Source: an uncultured virus (IMG/VR IMGVR_UViG_2061766007_000813)
Lineage: Duplodnaviria > Heunggongvirae > Uroviricota > Caudoviricetes
Length of the DNA stretch: 64,000 bases
Virus record (IMG/VR): IMGVR_UViG_2061766007_000813
Reading direction: 5' to 3' (one strand)
Shown here: positions 41,589 to 51,900 of the stretch, one piece after another
How the letters are laid out: each line of letters begins with the position of its first letter
Position numbering within the stretch: position 1 is the stretch's first letter
Notes under the pieces: generated by a model
What the model saw: only the letters and a program-made list of their open reading frames with translations
What the model was told of the DNA's origin: nothing
Databases searched by the model: none
Position numbers and translations under genes: made by a program

Positions 41589-42804
41589 CATACAGAATTT
41601 CGAGGCTCACGAGGATACGACGATTGAATTCGGAGAAGGTATGAATTCGATTGTGGGATTGTCAAACAGCGGTAAGTCGGCTATCATCAGGGCTTTGATG
41701 GTAGTGGTTGACAATGAGTGGTCGAAGGAGATGGTTCGTACTGGATTTGAATTCTGCCGTGTCAAAGTTGAGACTGAACGCGGTTGGGTCGAAGCCGAAC
41801 GCGGTGAAAAGGTGAACCGCTGGCGTTGTCAGGAAGGGGATGGAGAAATCCAGTTCTATCAAAAAGTCGGTACGACCGTGCCAGAGCTTGCGACGAAGAT
41901 TCTTGGCATGGGCAAAAGGGAGCGTGGCGGTGGAATAGCAGAGCTTCCGAATTTCCAGACACAGTTGGAAAAACACTACATGCTGTCCGAAATCGGCGAG
42001 AAGAAAGCCACGTCCAACATGATTGCGGTCATGATGGACAATGCCATTGGTCTCGGAGGCATGGAGGATTTGATTAAGGATTTCTCAAGCGACCTCGTGA
42101 AGGACAAGAAATGGCTGACGGAGAAGCAGGAGGAAATAGTCGATTTGAAGACTGGAATCATCGACGAGAGCATTTTCAATCAGCATGAAAAAGATGTCGA
42201 GAATATTGGAAAGTTGAAAGATACCATTGAAACAATGGATTCCGATATTTCCGTGGCTGATAATTATCTTGATAAATATATTGATGCAAAATCAAGGAAA
42301 GAAATCGCGGACAAGAGGCTTGCTTCAATTCCAGAATGCAACGAAATGTACGGGCACATCGAGGATATAAAGACAATCAGGGATGGGCTTGCTTTGGTTG
42401 AGAAGACAAAGACTGCCAGCGAGAATCTGGAAAAGGCTGAGACAATCGCGAAGGTGAATGACAAGAAGATGACCGATGTGCTTGAAAAGTACCGTTCATT
42501 GCACGGGATGATTGGAATTTGCGAGAAAATCATCGACGGTGAGAAGAAACTCGATTTGGCAAAAGGCATCGCTGTCATCGACTCCAATAAAATGGATGAA
42601 GTTCGGAACGATGTGCTTAAAATCAATGAAAAAATAAATGATGCTGAAACCAAACTCGACAATGCGCGTGACCTGTGGAAACGCCAGAGCAATGCGACAA
42701 AGGAAGCCAAGAGCTATGCCAATGAACAGAGCGAGGCGGAGAAGGAATTCGAAGACCTGAAAAAAGAACTTGGTGTCTGTCCATTGTGCGGTAACAAGTT
42801 GTAG
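41572..42804 (+). CDS. SbcC/Rad50-like ATPase, N-terminal half ending at the zinc hook
   Basis: IKSVSIQNFEAH, Walker A GLSNSGKS, Q-loop-like FQTQ, long coiled coil and terminal CPLCG; no Walker B. Confidence 0.85.
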   Translation: MIKSVSIQNFEAHEDTTIEFGEGMNSIVGLSNSGKSAIIRALMVVVDNEWSKEMVRTGFEFCRVKVETERGWVEAERGEKVNRWRCQEGDGEIQFYQKVGTTVPELATKILGMGKRERGGGIAELPNFQTQLEKHYMLSEIGEKKATSNMIAVMMDNAIGLGGMEDLIKDFSSDLVKDKKWLTEKQEEIVDLKTGIIDESIFNQHEKDVENIGKLKDTIETMDSDISVADNYLDKYIDAKSRKEIADKRLASIPECNEMYGHIEDIKTIRDGLALVEKTKTASENLEKAETIAKVNDKKMTDVLEKYRSLHGMIGICEKIIDGEKKLDLAKGIAVIDSNKMDEVRNDVLKINEKINDAETKLDNARDLWKRQSNATKEAKSYANEQSEAEKEFEDLKKELGVCPLCGNKL

Positions 42805-42822
42805 TCATTTAATCAAATATAC

Positions 42823-42858
42823 AAAAGCCATTGTGAGAGAATCTCACAATGGCTTTTT
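42823..42858 (+). terminator. Intrinsic terminator (possibly bidirectional), directly followed by TATAATA
   Basis: AAAAGCCATTGTGAGA/TCTCACAATGGCTTTT; TATAAT at 42860-42865. Confidence 0.82.
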
Positions 42859-42903
42859 GTATAATAATGATGGTTGTTCATAAAAACAGTATCAGGATTT
42901 CAC

Positions 42904-45900
42904 ATGAGTAGTTTCTATCAGACAGACATTGAGATATTCTATATCGACGATTTCGGTGAGCATCATCCATTGCCATGCGCTTTTTATGCGTCCAAGCCAA
43001 AGTTCGGCTGGGTGCTTCCAGAAGGCGTGGAACAGAAGTCATTCAGGTTCGAGATGAGGACACGTTATCCTAAAAGCTATATAAGGAATGATGTGCCTGT
43101 TACGACATGCGCTTATTTCATCAGCAGGGCGGATGTTGGCAATACTCCGATACCTGAATACGAATGCGAATCATCCATAACGACAAGATTGAATGATGGT
43201 GTTCTGGAAACCATCAATACATGGCTTGGCGTATGCGAAGTCCGTCTTACAATTACCGATTTCAACGGAAACACCTATTGCACGCATGCCCATACAAATA
43301 GTGATATTTATGATTTCGAGGCGAACAGGCAATACAAGAAATGGGGTTCGCACAACAATGCATATTATTTCTGTTTTGACAATGACATCAGGGATGAAAG
43401 GAATCTGAACCAATTGAGCATATCCATCAGCAACATTGTAGGAAGTGTACCGAACGGATGGACATGCACGCTTCAGATTTCAGACCTGCCGTTGTTCGGA
43501 GATGACGATACGCTTGCAGGTGAGCTTCAATCCGTTGACGGAATGATGCCTTATGGCAGTGTCACGACATATGTGAATCTCCCTCCTGAAACAAGTTCAA
43601 GTTTATCTTCTGCGATACCGTCTGGCTCATTTGGAATCTATTATGGAAAAACATATTATTACAGGGCTAGGTCTGACAATGGGAATGAGCACACGGAATG
43701 GTGCAATGTCAGAGCCTTGCGTGTCATTAAGAATTCAGTGCCAGTCTGCCAGATACTCGGAGTGAGCTTGCCGTCTGAGCGTCCAAATGGAGAAGTCATT
43801 GTGACCATACGTGTTGACGATGACGACCATGACTATGTTAAGGCATGGCTTGCGTTTTCAATGAGAATCGACAGTCAGGAAGATGCCAATCAGATAGGGG
43901 GAGTGGCTGTCGATGGAAGAAACGAAGTCGATGCAAATCCGTATGTCGGAAACACACCGCCTCAGCCATTGACATCTTACAACAATCAAACGGCTGGAAA
44001 ATTCATCAGGGCGGTCACAAAGGAAAGCCTGATTCACATACCGACTGGAGAGAATATCGACGTGACATGGCAGACCATGACGGACAACACATATCCTTTG
44101 ACGGCTGGCGCAATCATGAGGAATGTATATCTCTACTTGTTCGCCTATGACGGAACGGATATGGGGCAGAGCAACTTCTATCCTCCTTCCAATGTGGCGC
44201 AGAATGGATTGACGATAAACAACGAAGCCGTTGAAGCACCTGCGTCTGGTGACTCATTGACTTCAATCGCATTCCAGACGCACGGGCAGATTGGATGGGA
44301 GATGAATTACGCGCTTCTTCCAGATACGATGCAACGTGCCTTTATAAAGCATACTATTTCCTCGTCGAGCAGTTCGACTATGAAGGCTGGTGAAGTCGGA
44401 TATGTCACAGGCGGTGCATCATGCAATGTGTCAATTGGAGGAAAAAATGTATACGGTACATACCATGATTGGTATGAATTGCACAAGATGGTTGAAAATG
44501 CGCGTGGGTTGTATTTTCTCCAGCGAGTGACACAGGATAATAATTTCTCCATATATAGATATGAAAAATACAATATATTGTATCCTTCGTATTCTGTATA
44601 TGATAATAAATTTAATGACCAGAATGTATTTCGCAAAGAAGGGGAACCGATTATTTTCGAGCCTAATTCAAACACTGGGGAAGAAAACAAGGATTCCAGA
44701 TATGCCACGCTTGACACGATACCCTGCCGTGGATTCGTGTCATTCTGTCCGAAATGCAACAAGCTCTATATCTTGAAAACCGTCATAAAGCTGGCTGATG
44801 GGACAATCTATGAAGACACGTATGATGAATCTGGAACAATTACCGAGACATCTCTTGTAAAGGCATTCGGAGCAAACGGGGAACGATTCGATGGGACTCC
44901 ATATGAACTCATGTTCAAATGCCAAGGATGCAATACGCTGTATCCGATGGACATGAGATACCAGACACACATGGCTACTGGCGTGTTTGGTTCCTACTTC
45001 AAGGACAGCTACGCCTACTGGCACGGATACAATTCCGACCTCCATCTTGAAGACAACGAGCTTCTCCAACAGCAATTGGAGTTGACAAGGAAACATGATT
45101 ATGAGACACTGGTGGAGGAATGGAAGGCACAATGGAAGATTGAGCACAATACAAACAGCAATCCCCCTGATGAAGACTGCCCTTATGTATGGGTGGATGT
45201 CACAAAGATTCAATATGCTCCTGGACAACAGGAAACTGCATCTTCCGACAATGCAAAGTTCAATACCGAGGAATTCGGTTTCATCCATGATGATGTGCTT
45301 CTCAATCTGAATCCGCGTCCTGAATTCGACGCATATATGAAAGTCATCCCGCCAGTCGCGAAAGGCTATCATGAATTAATCTACAACGACGGCGCGAAGC
45401 TCAATGCCAGCATTGAAAAAGATTACATGCATGACTTTGAGACAAAAGGCGAAGGTCAGGATGCCATTCCTGGTGACAAGAATCTTGTCAAGCTCGCCAA
45501 ACAGGGTCCTTGGTGGGTACAGAACAGGATGATGTACGAATTCTTTGAAGGAAAGAAATCCATCAAGTCCGTGAAGGAGGGGTATGTTGGAGCAAACAGT
45601 TATGGCGATGAGGAACAGGAGGAAGAGGAAGATGAGCAGGAAGAACATGAATACGGTAACAATGGAGAACAGATAACTCCACAACCGTTAAACGGCGCAA
45701 AGGAATATGTCGTGCGTGGTCTGGCAAAAGTCGGAAACGCCATGAATGAAGGGATGGCTGTCGTGCTCAAGAGGGATTTGGAGGAAAAAAGATGGTGGAC
45801 GATACTGGTCAACAGGATGTCGTGTTCAGGCAATGTTCAATTCCCGATGATAATCAAGAGGGACGTGAACGACAGATTTGAATATGTTGTCAATGATGAG

Positions 45901-48900
45901 AAAGTGGTGTCTGGAAGCATTCTCGCCAATGGAGTAAACGAACTGTATATTGACTTCCCATATGAAGAGGGGGAAAGGGACTACCAGGACATCCATACTT
46001 ACTATTGCAATAAATTCAATGAGTCGAAAACGGCGTTTCTTGATGCGATGAAAAAGATATTCAGCCCTGTCTTCAATTTTGACTTCAGGGATTCTTCTGG
46101 TGAATCCACAAATCCCCCGTTCTTGAAAACATTTTCCTATACGATGGTTGGTGACAATGTTGAGACAATCCAGAACAGCAACAGTGGGAAAAATGTCGAT
46201 GTCGTTGCCAAGACTATCGCATTCACACTCTATGGGAACACGAACCTTGAAGTGGATGACTTGAAAGAACAGCGTTACAGGAAGTTTGAATTGGTCAAAT
46301 GCGAGAACAACTGCTACAAGCTGTTCGGAATCGTCCCATATGTGACACATCAGGCGACAAGCCAGTATATCGGCAAGTGCATTACCAATAACGGATATTC
46401 CGAAGGCGGGACTCCTTTCCTGAAGATGAGTTCATTCCCTTCCAACCCTGACATTAAGGAAGAGGGACCTGTCAGGAAGGAATATGAAGGGAAGGACGAG
46501 GAATATACCTATTACTATACGGAAAGAAATGCGACCAAGCGTAAATACGATGTCGAGGAAAGCCCAGTTGACAACGACATAGAGGAATTCAGGAGCTACA
46601 CCGAGGAAGTCGAGGGACAGGACAAGCCACGCAATGTCGTCTTCAGAAAACCGAACACGAATCCGTCTCAAGGAGAGCCGTTGTTCACTTGCTATAAGGA
46701 TGAGGTGGATGAGAACGGATATCATTTCAGGTTCACGCCAGAAGACTATAAAAAGACAGGGAAGATATATGTGCGCAGATACCATGTCGAATCTTGCAAT
46801 CCGTTCCCGCTTGATGGATATGGATACCGAAACTGGATTGTCGTGCCGATTGACGGAAAGCCTGGTCGCTACAGAAAGCAACAGATGTTCAACTCCCGTG
46901 GTGCCACGGCTGTTCCAAAACCCATACAGGTCGAAGTTTCGTCAGATGGTCCAATCGTTACGGAGATAGGCTGGTTCCCGTCTGAAAACGAAAACGCGGA
47001 ACCGTTTTCGCACGACAGGTCGTCTTCGTCGTCTGTCGCTGGTCAACAGCAATCCGAGCCAGAGGAAAAGATATACAAGCGGAAGAAGGGTCTTGCATGG
47101 AGAAACGAGATGTATCCAAAGACATGCGTTGTGTTCGACTATGTTGATATCAGCGAAGCCATGTGCAAGAATCCGTTTACACAGGAAGGTGAATCCCCTT
47201 TGAACCATATCTGCCCAATCAACTTCAATGCTGGCATATTCGACAGCATTCTTGTGGACAGATATGGAATCTACGTGCTTGGCGGATATGACCTGACCGA
47301 CCAGCAGAAGAGCCTTCAGGACGACGGATTACCATACACTCAGGAATTCCTGTATGTTGACAGCGAAACGAATTCATCCAGCGTCCTGACGGAGGAGATG
47401 CCTAACAACTGGACTCCGATGATTTTCAATTCGCCGTTGGATACGGAGAAGGACGAAGCTAGGTCTATAACCGTGCTTGACATGTCGAAGAAGAATCCGT
47501 CCAGCAGTACGGAGAACCCAGAAGACATCGACAAGCACGAATACGCGACGAAGACGGTGAACACATATGAAAAGTACAAGCAGACTTGGGAAGGGAAAAT
47601 CCCAAAACCCAGCTTGCAGAAATGCGAATTGAGCCAGAAGACCGTCGAGCAATTCAATCCAGCATTCAGGGCTTCGTTCGGCATCTGGGAAAAGTACGGC
47701 TATCAGCCGTCGAAGACATTCCAGCAGTATTTCAAGGAAGACGAGGATGGAATGTATGTCGGGAAATACATACCGATGTCCAGCAGGCTGGTTCATGGAA
47801 TCTACAGAGACCCGATAACTGGGCAGAAAGGAGACCCGTATATCGATTACAGGCTGGTTGTGGAAGTCATGCGGGAACGCCATATCATCTCCGACAAGAC
47901 ATTTATGAAGGTGGACGACAACTATGACAAGCTACCATATCTTGACTACAGGATTGTGGGGAAGAGCGTCTATCAGCGTCTTCCTTACTTCTCTGGATAT
48001 CCGCGTTCGGAGCATCCGCTTTATGCGACCAGACCAGAACCTCCATATCCATACGACAGGCAATGGAGAATAGGCGGATGGAAGATGTTCGGAAGGGATT
48101 CGTTCCAGAGGGACAAAGAAGAAGCCGAGGAAGACGCTGTTAACAACGCCATAAACCCAGACAATAACGGTTATTACAAGGAGCCGATTTTCGACTGGGA
48201 AATAGAGTCTGGCGGTCAGATTGGGGAGCTGTCGTCATATGTCATAGACAACTCGTTCCTTTATTTGCAGGATACATGGAATAATTTCAACAGGTTGCAT
48301 TGGTCTGTTGACACAGGTTCAGACTTGTATTTGTGCCTTGTCGCACAGCAATTGAATCAGGAGGGCGGTCTTGCTGGTTCTCCGTTCTCCGTCAAGACAT
48401 ATCATTCGTTCTGGAACGAGAACATTGCGTTGAGCAATCTGAGCAGTGATGCTAAAGGCGCATGGTGCATCAAGTACGACGGTTCTCTTTCAGATATGAT
48501 TGACATGACCGAAACGACGGATGCCAACGGTAATTCGTTGTTTGTCGAGGATGTATCCTATAGATTCATGCTGAGGGCGTTCAGGGAATCAAACAGCGGA
48601 CAGATAACGGATGTGTCTGGCAACATTACATCAAGCGCATTCCAGATTTCCAAGAGAGCCGTGTCCCCAGCGACGATTGTCAAGACGGACTACGACCCGT
48701 GGACGAAGATTCTCACCATCACGTTCAGATTCGACGATGCGCTTGGAAGGGATTATGACATCGTTGGGTTCCAGTATGTCGAAAACGACATCAAGAACAA
48801 TGTCGTTTCCAGCTTTGTCAAACCAGGAGGGGAAGACAGCAACGGTACAAGCGTGCTCATCGGGAACTTGTACAATCTTGCTTCCAACTTGAAGACACGA

Positions 48901-51900
48901 AACATGATGTCGGACGAATTGCTCATCACCCATACGCTGAAGGTGAACATCGGGACGCTTGGAATCGGAGCTACGGCGAATTTCAGGGTCAAGCTCCTGT
49001 CTGCATTATCTTCGGACAGGCTTGGTCTTACTGTTCCAGTATTTACAGTCAAGATGTGGGCTAATGAATTTCTCAAGCCAATTGAAGAACAGATAATGTC
49101 ATTGCAGGGATATTCGACTCAGTGGAAATGGGTGGAAACCTATGATGAATCCACAGGAAAATCAACTGGCAAATGGACATTCCTTGACAAGCAGAACGCA
49201 ATCAGGACTGTTGGAAAGATACAGGAGACGAAGAATTCCATACAGGCGATGTCGGATAAATTCGAGGAATGGTATGGAAAGACCTGCAAATTCTGTCCAG
49301 AAGCCATCGGAGACATCGACACTCTTGAGACGTGGTTGAAATCAGGGAAGAACTGGGACAAGTTCTACTATGGTTACTTCTTTCTGACATATCTTGCATG
49401 GCATGTCGCGGACGGATACTATGATGACTATACCGCATATGCACTGACGTTGAAAGAGAATGAAAGGGCAGAGACAAAGGCTAGGAAGTGGTTGCAGTAC
49501 AAGGATATTGAAAGCGAATACGAATCATGGTATCAGGAAAGAAGATTGTTCATCCTGATGTCTTACAGGAACAGCTCGAATTACGTTCCTACATTCTCCA
49601 ACTCGATAAAGGAAGCCACCGTGTCCTTTGACGATGCCTGTGTTGAATTCGCAAAGAACAAGGGAAACGAATACAAGGAATATGCTGGTCTGGAGACGGA
49701 AGATGAATCGTCGTCTTCTGAAGGGGAATTGGTCATCACCCCGTCCGAGGCGTTGCGTTTCATCGAAGACACGAAACGCGAGAAGGAATTAATCTCGTTC
49801 TATGCGAACAAGAACATGTATGGCGACACGAGGTTCCTTGAAAGGGCGTTGGTCATGTACAAGCTGTTTGGAGTAACCACGGAAGGATTGTGGGGACGTG
49901 AAGCAAGCTCATCCGCTTCGTCGTCTTCCGCCATGTTTGCTGGGGAATATGAGACATGGCTGGCGACATCGGAATACGCATCTCTTCCATTGTCCGACAG
50001 ATATCAGGTGTTTCTTGCCACCGCTCTTGGAAACCAGAAGAAGACGCAGATTGTGACGGCTTATTCCCCTACTGATGAGATTACGGACGAGAGATATTCC
50101 AATGCTCCGATTATCACGGATTCAATAAGCATAAAGGATGCGACGATATCCAATGCTGGAAGAACCATCGCTTTTTCGGCATGGCTTCAATCGCCTTCTG
50201 GGAACGGTTCCAGCAATAGCAAGAAATGGCAGGCTTTGAGCAACACTCTTTCAAAGCAGAGGAAGTTGCTTGCCAGATGCCTGAACGAGAAGAACATGCT
50301 TGAAACGGATTTCAGAAGGGATTTGATAAGACAGGGATATTTCTGCAATGGATTCCTTGAAAACCAGCCTTATGTTTCCACCGAGAACAGCCAGAATGTG
50401 AACACATGCTTCAGATGGAGGGTGGAGACACGTCAGTACGAAGGGAGCATGGATGTGTCTCAGGACTACAACACCAAGGCTTATGGAAGTTATGATGACC
50501 GTTATGACATGTACTATCACTTCCAGATGGACTTTTTCGACACGTTCGATTCGCAAAGCGGAAAACCGCTTACTGATGTAATATTCATTGGGGACGACAG
50601 GATTCTGGCTGGAATCGACGATGCCGACAATTCGGCGAGGACGGCTCCTTTGGAGGACAAGAACTACGACAATACGAATTATGTCGCGCAACGCCAAGAC
50701 CTCGTGGTTGACAGGACTGAAAGTGAAAAGACGAAACAACAGTCGTCCGCCAACATACAGGATTTGAGATTCACGGCGATATTCGGTCTTCCATTGGCTG
50801 AGCTTCCGCACATCCCGATATTGATGGAAAACGGAAAGTACGACAGGGAAAGCATAGAGCTTCCAGAATACTGGAAATGGTCGTGGACTGAAAAGCCTGA
50901 ATCCGAGTCGGAGGAAGAGCCTGTCTATGAAAGCAACAACCTTGATTTCAAGAGCGCGTACTATTGGAGGGTTGCTCCTTACAACGTGCTCAATGTCCCG
51001 TGCTTCGAGACATTCAAAGGAAAAATCAGGAAGGACAATGGCAACATCATCATCGACTGGGCATTCTGCTCAGACCAGATTCGGCAATGCAGAAGACCGC
51101 AGAAACTGTATTACAGCACAAGCATGAAGAGTTATCCTGTGTGGACGAAGAACAGGAGCTGTCAGGCACTTGAAAACAAGAGCCAGTATATTGAAGCATC
51201 CGAGCGTCCTTATTCAGAAGTATACACCTATACGGAATGGATTAACAAGACGCTTGAAAACAAAGGCTACGTCCAGTTCCTGACGGACAGACCGAGAAGA
51301 GTCGATGCCGTCCAGACGAACGTTGAAGTCCCTGGACAGGCGGAATCATATCTTGTTTCCAATCAACATGGATTTGACAGACTTCCAGATGCATTATATG
51401 GTACGTATTTCAGAGTGAATGAGAATGTGTTCTCGAAGAATGACGATTATTACATTTACAAAGCGACCATGAACGGTACGGAATACTGGTTCATCGGCGC
51501 ATCGTACCGTTCGACGGAAACCGACAACGGCACATGGATGTACCGTCTGGAATGCCAGTATCCAGAACTTGCCACAAATGCTTTTGACAAGAATGGCGAC
51601 AGCCTACCAGTCAGCGTATTTGCTTCGTTCGGGTCAAGCACGCAAACCACCGTGTCGAAGCCAGTGCTTTCGTTCATCAATGACAATATTGGGAATTACG
51701 ACACGCAGTGGATTCCTTTCAATGTCGAGAGGAGAAAGCCCTGTGTTGTCAGACTGGATGATGAAAACCAGTATCTTATGTTCACTCATAAGAAAACAGG
51801 GATGTCCGTCAATGGCGATGTCGCGTATCCAGTCAATGTCATCACGATGTCACGCGGATTCTCGAACGACGTGTTTGGAGAGGAAGGGATGTGCATTCCG

